A DNA stretch of 64,000 bases from the human T2T-CHM13v2.0 reference genome, Homo sapiens, in assembly GCF_009914755.1 (NCBI RefSeq), contig NC_060944.1. One strand, written 5' to 3'. The position numbers were made by a program, and so were the translations under genes. The notes under the pieces are model-generated. The model was not told the origin of the DNA. It saw only the letters and a program-made list of their open reading frames with translations, and searched no databases. Below, piece after piece: positions 15,085-29,655 of this stretch (position 1 is its first letter; every line of letters starts with the position of its first letter).

Positions 15085-15445
15085 CCACTTTTCAAACTTA
15101 ATGTGTGTACCAAGCATGTGGGGCTCTAGGTAAAATACAGATCCTGGCTCAGCAGGTATGAGATGGGGCCTGAGATTCTACATTTCTGGCCAGCTTCCAG
15201 GAGATGCCAGTGCCATTGGTCCACCAAATCACACTTTGTATAGCAAGATCCTAGCCCAGAACTTTCCAAGGCAGAGGAGGCCTCAAAATCCCCTGTAGGC
15301 ATGTGAAAACACAGATCTCTAGGCCCTATGGCAAGATATTCTAATTGAGTAGGTCTAGGATGGTGCCCCAGAATTTGTATCTTTAACAAGTTATCAGGTG
15401 ATGCTGCTGCTGATGGTCTGGGAACCCCACTTTGAGATCCACCAT
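15085..15445. mobile_element. Two adjacent MER5-family MITEs (about 15085-15247 and 15256-15445) inside an L2 fragment
   Basis: Two copies of GATGGGGCCTGAGATTC / GGTGCCCCAGAATTTG...CACTTTG; TCCTAG occurs at both flanks and between them. Confidence 0.75.
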
Positions 15446-17499
15446 CCTAGATTATTGTAGTAGCCCGTGACTTCTCTCTGTCACCTGTACTTCATTGTTT
15501 CACTGTCACCAGAATTATCCTTTAAAATTCTAAAAATAATTACTTTGTACATGTTTTAAAAACTGCTAACGATTCTCAATGGATCATTTAGTATACTTCC
15601 AGGCTTCTTGGCATGCTGTAACACACAGTTAGGTATAAGCAGCCCTAAGAAGTTTTTCAGAGGCCTGCCCCTCTGGTTATCTCAATAGCTGCTATGAGAT
15701 ATAGCCCACCCAGTTCACATGCCTGTATTTATCAGTGATTTAGAGAATTCTTTATTTCAGGAACTTGTGCAGACCACAAAAGCATTTATTGAAAATGAAT
15801 AAACATATACTATAGAGTGATGTGTGCAAACTTTTTAGTAACCTGTAATAAGACAATACCAAGTACAAAGCCATCATGCTTTGTAGGATATCAGGATTGG
15901 CTGACGTACTCGTTGACATCAGGATTCCACTGTCAACCTCCATGTCCAATGTCTTGAGAAAGTGGCTAGTGTCCAGCCAGAGAGAGGCTGTTCTGTCCTG
16001 CTCTGACCTAACCTTCACATTGGTCTGCCCTATTTTTGTTAATTGTCTTCTGTGGGATCTCATGCCATTTCTTTTCCAGGCAGCTAGATGCAAGGATTAT
16101 TTGTTGTTGCTGATGTTTGTTTTGTTGGGGGATCTTAGTCCTAATTCTTTTTCTTTGAATCTGTAAATACTTCAAGTGCAGTCCATAAAGAAGCTTGACT
16201 TGCCTCCAGAATGCACTGCCAGATGCTAGCTTCCAGCTTTACTAACCAACCTGAGAGATGGATTTTGTGGGTTTGTTTGGTCTCGCAGTTTGTGCCAACT
16301 GGGCACCGTGTCCTTAGTCCACCCTCTTCTTTGCACACAAGTACAAAAGGGAACATTTTATTCTGCTGCTTTGGGTGGGAACAGTCACTTTATTTATGGG
16401 GTCTGAGCTAAAATTTGATTTCTCTATTGCATGGTGCACTGGCTTTATCCATGTACATCCACATCCTTTATTATTTTCCCATTTCATGCGCAAGTTCTAG
16501 GCTTCTCATGGTGTTCCACCCTTTGTGGCTTCAGCCTTCCTTTCCAGCTTCACCTCCCAGTACTGCAGCCCACCTGCTCCAGCGATTCCCTGAAAAAGTC
16601 ACGTCCCCTGTAGTATATCTGCTCCCGGTGCTCACCCCAACAGGATTAAGCCCACACTTGTAGGCCTAACCAGATCCTAAACTCAATCTTGTTGAGCCCA
16701 ATGAAAATCAGGTGGTGTAACTCACAAAGGCAATTGACTTGAACTCCTCTAGGTTTTGCTTTTGTCTGGTTTTCAAAGGAAAGTGCATGAGGGAGCAGGG
16801 AAGTGTTTGCTGCAAGCAAATGTTTGAACGTTCAGGACAGTTAAAAGAAGAAAAGATATAAGCATTGGTGAAAGTGAGCACAATAGATGCAAATTTGGCA
16901 CGCTGAAAGGAATTTTTGCCCCTTAATGATCTGTGTTTTCTTTATGCAGCATAACCCGAGGCAATTAAAGGCAGGAAACTACTCTAACCAACTGGCAATT
17001 ATGTTTTAGTACATTTGGTACAATGCATACTCGCTCTCCATATTTTCAGAATTTTTGAAAAGTAAAGAAGCTTCAAAACTGTCAAAGTTGGCTCTTCTTT
17101 CACTCTTCACGAAGCCTTAGTAGGAAAAAGGAAAGAGCTGGGCTGTTTGCTCTGGGTCCTTTTATGTGCTGACATGGATGCATTTGAAGGATTTGAAATG
17201 TGCTTCAGTTTGAAACTTGGGTTCCTTTTACTGTTTATTCTTTTTTGTGTTTTCACCCATTGGTACCCTTGATTGATAGTGTTTAAGTCAGGGGACAAGC
17301 CGGGGGTTTAGAACATTGATGTCCTCAGCGAATGACCCTAAGCTTAAAAGGGAGCCCAAACTCATCAGGCCTCGTGTTTAAAAATAGTTTATTTTTGATG
17401 ATGTTCATGTGAATGAGCCATAGTCCTACTCCTCAGGGCTGTGGAATGGAAAGCCTTGAGTAGCAAATGATCGTAGTTGCCTGGCCAAACCCTCTTTCT

Positions 17500-17710
17500 G
17501 GTCCAGGCACTGTCCTCCAGCAGTCACAGGTGCTGCCCTGGGCATTGTAGGATGTTCAGCAGCACTCCTGCACTTGACCCCTTAGATGCCAGCAGCATCC
17601 CACCAGGGTGACATCCAAAATATTCCTAGACTTTGCCAAATGCCCGGGACTGGAGAAAGGGCAAGGTGGAGGCAATGGGAGGCAAAATTGCCCCCAGTTG
17701 AGAATGATTG
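17500..17710 (-). mobile_element. MER20
   Basis: CATTGTAGGATGTTCAGCAGC...TTGCCAAATG...GGCAAAATTGCCCCCAGTTGAGAA. Confidence 0.8.
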
Positions 17711-19817
17711 ATCTCTAGGGATCCTGAAGATGTGCTGGGTGAAAGCCAATTCTCTTCCTAAGCTGATCCAGGCACAAAGGAGAGCAGAGGCATCTGCAAA
17801 ATGAAAACTACATTCTTTTAATGATATCACTCTTTCCTCTTGACCCAATTTTGGCCAGTTTTTAGAAAATCACATCTTCCTCAAGCATCTAAACTGGCAG
17901 AAGAGAGAAGATGCCACAGTTTCTGCTTTGAAGGGTCCAGTGAGGTTTGGTATGGTCCTCACATAAAGTAAAGAGGCCAAGGATATTTGTGTTTTACGTT
18001 AGGTCTTGGCAAGGTAAAAATTATAAGAGAAGTTTTATAGTGTACCAGATTTCTATCGTGTTTTTAAAAAGAAAATAACTTATTGAATATAATTGCCAGA
18101 CAAGGTGAAGATAGTAAAAGTATTCAGGTTGTCACCCCAAACTGCAAAGCTGACTAAACTAATTTCAACCTTTTCCTGCTAACAAACTTCACCCTTCTGT
18201 GTTTTCTCTCCCTCCATTTTTGCCTGCCTGTACAACTCAATCCTTTGTATTTACTCATGATGAAAGGCCTACATGCAATAAAGAAAATTAAGCAAACCTG
18301 ATTTTCAAGGCTTGAGTAATTTAAAAACTATGATTTTGACATTTTAAGAATGTTATGTTGACCTTGTTCTTGATCAGTCATGAGAATTAAATGCAGGAGC
18401 TTTGCACCAAAGCAAGGCCCCTAGCTTAATAAAGATTTAATTTATACTGCTTCCTAACATTCTCTTTCTTTTTAGTCTACACAGCTCACATTGTACCTTT
18501 TCTCAAAGTAATCATGAGTTATAATTTAAACTGTTAAATACACACTGCCTTAATCTTGTATTTTGTTGTTACATTAATCAAGGCAGTGACAAGCAAAATT
18601 CTGTTCGAGGACTCTTAACCTGCCTTGCAAGAAAAGTAATGTTCACTTTTTAAATGAGCCATTAAATAAATCCATTGACTTTTTGAGTGAAAAGCCTCTC
18701 CCTGTCCCAAGAGCTCAAATTGCATTCAACAGTTGCTTTTGGAATCCCAAAGAGAGCAGCAAATAGTAGGAGTTATGTCTCTGGAAGGCTTCTTGAGTTC
18801 CAAAAGGCGATTTCCTTCCTCTCCAGAAGGAAATCAAAGAGGAAATAAACAGGAATCATCTGAAAGATAAGAAGTAAATGCATAACTCAGTGGAAAGCTA
18901 GCTAGCTAGACAGATAGAAGGAGGATACAGGCTTTCTAGAGAAATTGGGATTTTAAAGCATTTATGGAGTGGAGAAGAAATGACTGCAAACAAAGCCAAG
19001 TGCTAAATATAGAAACTATGGAAATAAATAGCCCATATTCCCAGGATAGCCTTAGCTTTGATGTTAAGCAGCAAAGCAGATCCAGAGGGTTCCTGTATAA
19101 AGCTATAAACAGAAAAGAATTAAGAATATGCTGATTGAGAGAAACAAATGTGGTTTACCTTGGGAATTACCTCTGTATTGTGCTATTTATGGAATAAAAG
19201 ACAATAATGTCATAGCAAGCACTTTGTATAATTAAAGTTCTAGAGTTTATAGTGGAAAAAATATGCAGTCCATTGTCTTGAAATGTTTATTTCATATTTT
19301 GTTGTAAGGGAGCTTTACAAAGGTAAGTGCCTTATTCTGACAGTGCTAGCTAACTAATAAAGTAATCAAGAACATGAACTCTGATAAGCAGACCTGAAAC
19401 CAAACCAGAAGGCAGAAAAGGGAAAGAACAGACTCCAATTGGAGCTAGGTGATATGTCTAAAATAAATTTCATGTGTGCCTTTCTTTTATATTTCCTTGG
19501 ATCCATTTTAATGGAAATTTCCATTAGTGGGGCAACCTATGTAAGTAATTGATAGATATACTTAATTTATTTGCTGATAAGTTGAGAATATAGCCATATT
19601 AATGGAATTGGAATTGTCAAAAAATATTGTTGGAGTTGTCCATGAAAATACTCAGTATTTCTTTTAGGGCTACTTATAATGTTACTATAACAACCAATGA
19701 ATGGACTTAGGCCTGAAAGATAAAATGAAACATAAAGATGATGAATTTTTTAAGTTAAATTTTTTATTGAATTCCATGAAGAAATAGCTCTGAAATCTCA
19801 GGATTGCTCTAGTTTCA

Positions 19818-19976
<159 letters not shown>

Positions 19977-20299
19977 TTAAGAAACCAGGTAGTAAGATGG
20001 TAAATCATGTAACTGGAGAAAATGATTGGGAGTATTTTGGGGAAAGATATGGTTGTGAACACTGCAAGTTTCTGTTGGGGAAGAGGTGTTTGTAGTCATG
20101 ACTACAAAGATGACCCTCTGGAAAAGTCTAGGAAGCAGGTCATAGGACAATTCCAGAAAGAAGGAGAATTATTCAATCAGTGACTCCACTGTCTTTCAGC
20201 AAATGCTTGCCTGATTACTACAGAACATGCAACTTTTGCTGATACAAACATGCACGAAGGAAGGTACTTCCTCTAGATAGAGGGACCTTGTGAGTAATT

Positions 20300-20720
20300 G
20301 ACCTTGTGGCTATTCTCCCCTTATACTTCCCAAAGTCCCTTGCAGCTAGATGTGCCTCTGAGCTAAATTCTGGCAAAGAGGTGTCAACAAAAACCTGTGG
20401 GAATTTGGGGATCTTTTCTTAAAGGTGGGGACATGGGGTGCTTCTTCCTTCCCTCTTTGCTGCAGGCTGAAATGTAGCCAATATGAATTGTGTTGGAGCA
20501 GCCCTCTCTATCATGAGGGAGATGCTGCATACTGGGGATTGAGAGGTTGTCAGAGAGAAAAAGCTGAGACCCAAACAATTGTGTGATGCAGGCCTAATGG
20601 CCTGGTCTCCTACCTCCAGGCTTCTTTCACATGGAAGAAATAAGTCTGTATCCTTTCTAAGCTGCTGCTGTTTTGGCCTTTTTAGAAACTTACAGCTGAG
20701 CTTAAACTTAACTCATACAC
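20300..20720 (+). mobile_element. Old MaLR LTR (MLT1K/L-like)
   Basis: CCTTGCAGCTAG, CCTACCTCCAGGCTTCTT, and an end AACTCATACA typical of MLT1. Confidence 0.6.
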
Positions 20721-20946
20721 ATTTACTGTGGTTATAAGTAGAACTAAAAATATACTTAACTCATATTTAGCAGTTGGTTTTATTTCCTCAGTTCATACTG
20801 AAACTAGAGCAATGTCTTTGCTTAAAAACAGAAATCAAAATCAATCAAACATAATTGATTGAATACAGATTGCAAAGAAGTATAAAATGGAATTTTGGCC
20901 CTCAAGTGGCTTTCTTCAACATGAAGAAACAAGACTTTTAAAAAGG

Positions 20947-21068
20947 TATATGCATATATTTGTATATATATATGTATGTATATACACACATACATATATA
21001 TACACACACACATAAATATATACATATCTACATATACACACCCATGTACTACACACATATACATATAA
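20947..21068. repeat. Degenerate (TA)/(CA) microsatellite
   Basis: Alternating TATA/CACA tract. Confidence 0.85.
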
Positions 21069-21869
21069 CAAAACAATATTAAAAACTCCATTGTGTAATA
21101 GTTCAATAGAATCAGTGGTGCACAGACAATAAAATCCTTGGGAATTCAGAGGAAACAACTGAAAGAGATGGGAGTTTGGGCAGAGAACCTGGTTGTGAAG
21201 ATTAAAAGGAAAGATTAGACAGGTGACAAGAAGAGGAAATAGGACACAATGAATGTATTGTCAGTAAAATGAAAGAGTTTTAGGTTGATATCTCAGTATG
21301 ACATATTTACAGTCACAATTCAATATAAAGGGTCTTTTGCTAGCGTTCATGTATTTTATCTGGTCTTAATGAAATGTATAAGTGACCATGATAGACCTCA
21401 CTGTTCCACAGGTAGTGTTTTCAGGAAAATTGTGCAATTAGTGTCTGAATTTATTCTATGAAGAGTCCTTACAGTTTGTCTCCAACTTGCAGTTCTGTGG
21501 TCAAAGGAGCTGTCTGAATAATTGCAGTATAGTAATTGTGTCTACAGAGGACATAAGCAAAGCATTTTGCTTAAGCAAAAACATTTTGTTTTGTTTTGGT
21601 TTTTTGTTTGTTTGTTTATTTTTGCTGGCAGCATTGCTAGTCAAGACTGAAAAATTAGGGCATTTAAAATAGTGGAGTAAGAATGGTGGTTGTTGCAGGG
21701 GAGCTGAGTAAGATAGAGCAATGTGACAAGCAGGTCTTATAAGACTAGGTAGAAGATCAATACTCTGAGAAGGAGATATGGAGGGGTCAGAATGGTCTGT
21801 GGAAAAAGTACTGAATGTGGTCCAGTTGAAGAGGAAGAGAATCAATATATTAAAAAAGACCCAAATGAA

Positions 21870-24800
21870 AAAAAGAAATAAAGCTGTCTTTATTTGCAGA
21901 TAGCATAATTTTCTATGGAGGGACACCAAAGAGTCTATTAAAAAAAACTTTCTAGAACAAATAAGTGAGTAAAGCAAGATGCAATATCAATGTACAAACG
22001 TCTATTGTTTTTCTATGTTCCAGAAATGAACAATTGGAACTTGAAATTTCTTTTCTTCAACTTTTATTTTATCTGGGGTTCATGCACTGGATGTGCAGGT
22101 TTGTTACACAGGTAAATGTGTGCTATGGTGGTTTGCTGCACAGATCAATCCATCACCTAGGTATTAAGCCAAGCATCCATTAGCTATTTTTTCTGATGCT
22201 CTCCCTCGCCTGACCCCCACCCTGGATAGGCCCCAGAGTGTGGTGTTTGCCCCACAGTGTGTCCATGTGTACTCATCATTCAGCTTCCACTCATAAGACA
22301 GAACATGTGGTGTTTGGTTTTCTGTTCCTGGGTTAGTTTACGGAGGATAAAGGCTCCATCTCCATCCATGTCCCTGTAAAGGACATGATCTTGTTCCTTT
22401 TTATGGCTGCATAGTATTCCATTGTGTATATGTGCCACATTTTCTTCATCTAGCCTATCATTGATGGGCATTTGGGTTGATTCCATTTCTTTGCCATTGT
22501 AAATAGTGCTGCAGTGAATATAGGTGTGCATGTATCTTTGTAACAGAATGATTTATATTCCTTTGGGTGTATACCCAGTAATGGGATTGCTGAGTCAAAT
22601 GGTTTTTCTGCCTCTAGATCTTTGAGGAATCACCACAATGTCTTCCACAATGGTTGAAATAATTGACATTACCACCAACAGTATAAAAATGTGGAACTTG
22701 AAATTTTAAAAATTACTGTTAAAAATATCACCAAAAAATGAAATACTTAGGGGTAAATTTGACAAAATATATCAAGGAGCTGTATGTGGAATACCAGAAA
22801 ACTCTGATAAAATAAGTTGAAGAAAGTCTAATGAGATTGGGTGATATTTCATGTTCATGGATGGAAAGATTTAACATTGTAAAGATATTAATTTTTTTCA
22901 CATTGAACCACGGATTCAATGTAATCCCAGTCACAATCCCAGCAAACTTTTTTTATATGTTGGCATAATTGTTGCAAAATTTATATGGTAATGCAAAGAA
23001 CTGAGATTAGCTAATACAAAACTAAAATGGAAGAATAAAGTTAGAGAACTCATATGATTTAAGACTTACTATAAAGCTACAATAATCAAGAAAGCATGGT
23101 GTTGGCAAATTAGATACATAGATCAATGGAAAATAATAGCAAGCCCCCATATAGACCCAGATAAGTATAGTAAACTGACTTTTTTATGAAAGTGCAAGAA
23201 TAATTCAATAAAGAAAGGATAGTCTTTTCAAAAAATAGTGCTGGAGCAATTGGGTGTCCATATGCAAAAATATGAACTTAGAGTTCATACTTTACAAAAA
23301 AAATTAACTCAAAATGAGTCATAGACATATATGTAAAATGCAAACCAATTAAACTTCTAGTAGAAAAATAGAATAAATTTTGTACAATCTTGGATTTGTG
23401 GATGAGTTTTTAGATACAACACCAAAAGCATAATCCATGAAAGAAAATTTTGATAAACTATAATTTGCTTAAATTTAAAACTTTTGCTATGCAGAAGACA
23501 GTATTAAAAGAATGAAAGGAAAAGACATAGACTGGGAGAAAGTATATGGAAATCACATTGTGATAAAAGAATAGTATTCTGAATATATAGAGAACCCTTA
23601 AAACCCGACAAGAAGAAAATAAATAATGTAAATTAATATTTGGCAAAACATATGAACAGATATCTCACCAAAGAAAACATACAAACATAACAAATACCCA
23701 TATGAAAAGATGCTCAACATCATTTGTCATAAAGGAAATGCAATTGAAAACCCCAATGAAATATACTACACACTATTAAAATAGCTAAAATTATAAAAAT
23801 TGATGATACTAAGTGTTGGCAAGGATGCACAGCAACAGTATCTCTTATTCATTACTAATGGGGTTGCAAAATGGGTATAATGAAATATAATACAGTTTAG
23901 CAGTTTCTTATAAAACTAAACATACTCTTACCACATGATCTAGCAATTGTGCTCCTAGGTATTTACCTAACAGATTTGAATATTTATGTCCCACAAAAAC
24001 CTGCATGCAAATATTTATAGAAGCCTTATTCTTAATAACCCAAAACTGGAAGCCACCACGATATCCTTCAATAGGTGGACAGACAAACTGTGATATATAC
24101 AATGGAATATTATTGAGTGATAAAAAGGAATTAGCTTTCAAACCATGCAAAGACATGTATGAACCTTAAATGCATAATGCTAAGTGATATAAGTCAGTCT
24201 GAAAAGGCTGCATCTTGTATAATTCCATTTATATAATATTCTAAAAAAGGCAATGCCATAGAGAGGGTTTTCAGATTAGTGGTTACTAGGGGCTGTAGAG
24301 GAGATTGAAAAGGTGAAGCACAGTGAATCTTTTTAGGATAGGGAAATTTCTTTTGTATGGTGCTGTAATGGTAGTTACTATGCACGTATGAGGTACTATG
24401 CATTTATTAATATACTGTGTACTTTGAAATGTACAAATGTACTATGCATTTATAAAAATCTATAGAATTTTGCAGCACAAAAATAAACTTTAATATATTC
24501 AAATATTAGAAAATTATTTAAAACATCAAGAGAATCCCAGGATGGAAAGCAGATTGTGACAAATAATATCTATATTATAAATATAGACAACAACCTTACT
24601 GAAGGCAATAAGGGAGGAAGTTGCTAACTGAAGTAACTGGAAATGAATGGAATCTGTGAAACTGAAAGCAAAAAGAATGGTTGTTAACAACTGTTAACAG
24701 TTCTGAGACCAGTATTCTTATATACTGGAATTGAATAATTAGTTGGATGGCTGACGGTGGAAGCAAGGTTTCTCACTGTTGGAGCAGGTAGTTATAGAGC

Positions 24801-26000
24801 AAAGGAAAGGTGCTAGAATGATCCATGTAGACATAGGCTAGAATTGTGACATCAGTGTGAACTCATTTTTAGCTTAATATACATGCAGATGGATGAATAT
24901 AGAAAGTTCTGTGTGTATATACATGGGTTTGTATACATACCTGTATTTCCAAACTGGGTTCTTGAAGAGGACCTACAAACAATAACACTTTGGTATCAAT
25001 GAGCATAACCAGCCCCCTGAACTTGGTTTCTAGTGCCGTTCTTCAATAAAAGGAACTAGGGCTCTTGGAGAAATGGCTGATTCTAGAGCTGGGGAAGGGA
25101 ATTTACAAGATTAGGCTGGAGCATCTAACAATGCCAGGAAGCAAGAAAGTTTCTCAAAGGAACATATGGAACCAACTAAAAGACTTCTCAATGGTCAAAG
25201 CTGGAACAATTTAAGCAACAAAATAAAGATGTGATATTAGATTGCAACTCAAAGTATAAAATAAGTATCCATAGGCCACATTATTATAAATCAGTCATTG
25301 AATGAATAAATAATTGGGAAGAATACACAATTCTCCCATATAGGATACCAAATAATTTATGTAGGAGCATAACTGCCTTCTCTTAAGTGTGGGATTCACA
25401 TAGCAACTTCCTGCAAAAAAAGCACAATATGGAAAGAGGGGATAAAGAGTAATTGTGATGCAGAAACTGACAAACACTGCCTCAGTCAGCTGACCAAGGA
25501 TAATCTCATCAGTATTAAGTCATGTTGATAGTAGGTACCTTTGACATGATGTGATGAAAATGGCATTTTACCTCTGTGGTCTCTCTCCCGAAACCCACAA
25601 CTTCAGCCTAATCATGAGAAAAACATCCTGTACCCATATTAAGGGATATTCTAGAAAATACCTGACTAGTACTCCTCAAAACTGTTAAGGTCATCAAAAG
25701 CAAGGAATGCCAAAGAGACACCCTAAGATGACAGGTGGACTAAATGCAGTATGGTGTCGTGAATGGGCTCTTGGCACAGGAAAAGGACAGTAGGTCAAAA
25801 CTAAGGAATATCAATGAAGTATGGGCCTTAGTTAATATTAAAGTATCAATATTGGTATATTAGTTGTATCAAATGTATCATACTAATGTAAGATATTAAC
25901 CATAGGGAGAACTGCCTGTGACATACATGGAAATTCTCTGTACAAATTTTCTGTAAATCTAAAATTATTCTAGAATAGAAGGCTATTTAAAAAAAAAAAA
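21870..26000 (+). mobile_element. Ancient L1 (L1MC/L1MD class): ORF2 3' half plus long 3' UTR
   Basis: Degenerate ORF2 (AAATACTTAGGGGTAAATTTGAC, CATGTTCATGGATGGAAGA), 3' UTR ending CTGTAAATCTAAAATTATT and an A-tail. Confidence 0.85.
22050..22691 (-). mobile_element. 5'-truncated L1PA (about L1PA8-13) 3' end nested in the older L1
   Basis: L1PA 3' UTR and ORF2 end; perfect TSD TGGAACTTGAAATTT at 22035-22049 and 22692-22706. Confidence 0.92.
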
Positions 26001-26014
26001 AAGACCAAAGCTAA

Positions 26015-26235
26015 ACATATAATCGTGGTGGCCTGGGGCTGGAAGTGAAGGTTAGAGAATGGAGAGTTATTGCTTAACATGTACAGAATTTCTATTTGAG
26101 AAGATGTAAAAGGTTCCTGAGATTTATGGTGGTGATGGTTACACAACAATGTGAATGTACCTAATGCCACTGAGTTGTATACTTAAAAATGATTAAAATT
26201 GTAATTTGTATCGTGTATTTTATCAAAGTAAAACA
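26015..26235 (+). mobile_element. L1MB 3' end fragment
   Basis: GGTGGTGATGGTTACACAACAATGTGAATGTACCTAATGCCACTGA. Confidence 0.85.
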
Positions 26236-27229
26236 AGTATTTCAAGAAAAAAACTCAAAGACACAGAAAACTAGAGAAGAGAAACATCAGAAGGACTAAA
26301 AACAAAATCTAAAAGTGGACCAACAACAAAGCAATGGGATAGGAAGGAAAACTGCGTAAGATTCACAGGGCAAAACACTTCCATTACTAGAACACCAGGA
26401 AAGAAAACACCTGTTTAGAAATCACAGCAAATAAATTAGTACTCACGGTTTTCTCTTTACTTCGTAATTTTTAAATTGTACACACCCTCTTCCAAAAACC
26501 TTACAACACAAGGCAAGAAATACAAAACAAACTTTTTGTTTATTAGTAAATTAAATACTGTATTGAATGTGGAAAAACAGAACAAAAAGTGGAGGCTCTG
26601 ATACACTTTGGCCCCGAATACTGGCCCTCTGAGCGGAGGAGAGTTGGGGAAATCAGATGTTATATTAATGGACTGGCATTTAGAAGCCAGGCATTGAACT
26701 CTGTTTATTTTATATATTATTTTAACCCTCACAACAGCATTATATGCTAGTACTATTATTTCTCACTACAGAGCTAACATTTGAGATCATGGTTTTCTGT
26801 CAATGACTTGAATTTAGTAACAGTGAAAATTCCATACACATAGGAATATAGCAGAATTTTTTCAGTAAGGCTGTAACGTTTAAGTGAACTTAGCTGATCC
26901 TACATATATTAGAGAACGCTTGCTATAAATTCATGGGATTCTGTCTACCAAGTCAGAGAAGTGGTTTAAATGTGTTGATGTATCTGGCGTATTAGAGTCT
27001 ACAGTCATGAAATGGAACCCTAGTTGTACAACTCATTAGCTATGTGCTGTCAAATTACTTAACATGTAGAGATCTCAGTTTTACCATCTATTAAATGGGG
27101 ATAAAACAGGTTCTTTGCTTATAACATTCTTTTTCCTTTTCTAATATCCCATGTGCTTGTGACTTTCTATGATCAGAGATAGTGGTATTTGTCTTAAAAA
27201 AAAAAAGAAAGAAAGAAAAGGTCATTTAA

Positions 27230-27640
27230 GCCCCATATTATTTGGAGATCATAGGTACAATAAAAAATAAATGCCAGAGTTTCAATAGCTTAACACATTA
27301 AAAAGTATTCCTCATTTACTTAGAAGCCTAGTGTGGGTGTTTTTGATATAAGGTGATTTTCTTCTACCTGGTGATTTAGGGACTTAGACTCTGTCCAATC
27401 TAACAGCTCCAGTATCTCCTAGGGTCTCTCTGTCCTCTTTAAAAAGGACACAGGAGAAAGAAAAAGACCTGAAATGACCCTCGTCTCTTCCATTAACCTT
27501 CCATTTGTGAGAACTATTCATATGACCCTCCTTAAATGCAAGCAAAGGGTGATGTGAAATGTGGCTGTATTCAGGCAGCAATTTCCCTGTAATTCTTTGA
27601 ACTGTGTAAGGCAAAGTGCAAAGTTTGGTGGCGAATGAGC
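27230..27640 (-). mobile_element. Old MaLR LTR (MLT1-like)
   Basis: AATAGCTTAACAC...CATATGACCCTCCTTAAATGCAAG resembles reverse MLT1J/K. Confidence 0.45.
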
Positions 27641-28249
27641 AACCTTTGCCTTAAGCTCTGTGCGAGCCCAGTATTGCTGAACTGTGCTAACCCACTCACC
27701 TGTATGGAGAGAAGAGTAGCACCATTATAGTAAGGACTCCTGCAGTAATCACCAAGTATAATGGGGGCACTTAACCCTCAGCTTTTTTGCACCTTAAATG
27801 GTTTAATAATAATTGCAACAAAAAGTATTTATAAAGCATTCGGGAATGCTTATAAGGGATTAAAGTAATATTAAAGAAATCACTAGAGTCTCAGCATTAA
27901 ATGATTTTTAATGCAACAAAATCTCATCATACTGTATTTTTTCTTCTTAGCTTTAAAAATAGACCTGCAGAATAGATATGGTATAAAGTGAGACTCCATA
28001 GTGTCCAGAATTCTTTTCTTTGTATTTGTACTGATATTCTCTCTCTCTTTTCCAGTGTATCAACTTTTAGTTATATATTTTGTTCAAAAATAACATCTGA
28101 TCATCATAAACATCAATTATTTAAATAGGATAACATGCTTCTTCTGAGTGCTTTAAAGTAAACTTGAGTGTTTATAAGTAAGGGAATTATTAAGAAGAAA
28201 CCCTGGTATATCCACAAGATAAATGTTACCAGTCTCTAAGAGTGCGTCT

Positions 28250-28438
28250 CAGTGGTTCTCAAACTTAAAAGTATATCAGAATCACCTGTAGGATTTGTTA
28301 TAATGCAGATTGCTAGGTCCCAACCTCTGGAGTTTTCAGTTCAGAAAGTCTGGGATGTGGGCCAGGAATTTGTGTTTCTAGCGAGTAACCAGATGATGTG
28401 ATGCTGCTGGTCCAGGGACCATACTTTGAAAACCACTG
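28250..28438. mobile_element. MER5A, full length
   Basis: Terminal inverted repeats CAGTGGTTCTCAAA ... TTTGAAAACCACTG, 189 bp. Confidence 0.9.
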
Positions 28439-29503
28439 ATTTTTCTATAAAATGATGCTGAAGAAGGTAAGGAGGAAGGTATCAAATCTACGCGGTTTCT
28501 CTGAGGTTGGACTACTTGATGTGTCCCAGCTTTTATGTTTAAAAAAAAATAATGCCGAAAGACATACAGTGCTTAAGACTCAGGTTAATTTAATTCCATA
28601 ATCATACGGCATAATAGCACCAATTTTGGTACATAGAGTCTTCTGTACTTAATTTTGACTGACCCACATAGAGCAAATGTGATTTATCTGACTTGAAATT
28701 GAAAACCCAAATAAGCTAGGTTGTGAAACACAGTAGGTTTTTACGATGGGGCCTATAAGGAGACCTATGAATTATTAGAGGGATAGCAGTGGTTAGGCTA
28801 AAGGTATACAGAGAATACGTTGCAAAGATATTAAGGAAAATAAGAAAATTATGGAAGACTTTAAGGAAAAGCACTAAATATGAGTTCAGGGCCTGAGCTA
28901 AGTGGATTTTCAAAAAAATTTCCTGGGTATTTACTTTCTTAATACAGAGGAAGTAATTTGGAGGAAGATTTATTTTTAGGTTTTACTTTCATCTGAGCAA
29001 GAAGAAATATATTGTGCAATAATGAAAAAGCGATCTATCTTCTTGGGTGCTCAAAACCTATGTTAAGGATTTATGAATTATTTATTAAGAAAAATTATAC
29101 ACCCAGGGATGGTGACCCTGGTCAATATTTAAGCTTCAAAAAAGATAATGAAATTCAGTTTTTCTAAACTGTAGAGGATAAAGTGTTTTATCATAACATT
29201 ACAAATTGTGGAATGAATGAATAAAAGTCACAGTGGGTTCTTTTTTGAAAGTCTGGGGCTACCCGGAATCAGCATATAGGACCCAACTTCAAAAGGTGAA
29301 CAATGATATTAACCAATAATGTGTTTCTTTGAGGAAATGATCTGAAGCAAAAAGATACCTCACAGACCAGGGAGGTAATATTCAAGCAACTAAAGAAGCT
29401 AAGGACTATTTCATATGACTATCTTGCCCTTGGTGAGAAATCCTAATACAGTGATTTTTTTTCTCCACTATATTTACAAAGGAAGCATAAAAATAAGAAT
29501 GTT

Positions 29504-29655
29504 GGCTGGGTGTGGTGGCTTACACCTGTAATCCCAGCACTCTGGGGGGGCCGAGCGAGGAGGATCCCTTGAGCCCAGGAGTTCAAGATCAGCCTGAGCA
29601 ACATAGTGAGACCTTGTCTTTACAAAATAAAAGAAAAAAAGAAAGAAAAAAGAAA
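29504..29655 (+). mobile_element. FLAM_C Alu monomer
   Basis: Left-arm monomer GGAGGATCCCTTGAGCCCAGGAGTTC with A-tail; near-TSD AAAAATAAGAATGT / AAAAATGAGAATGT. Confidence 0.88.
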
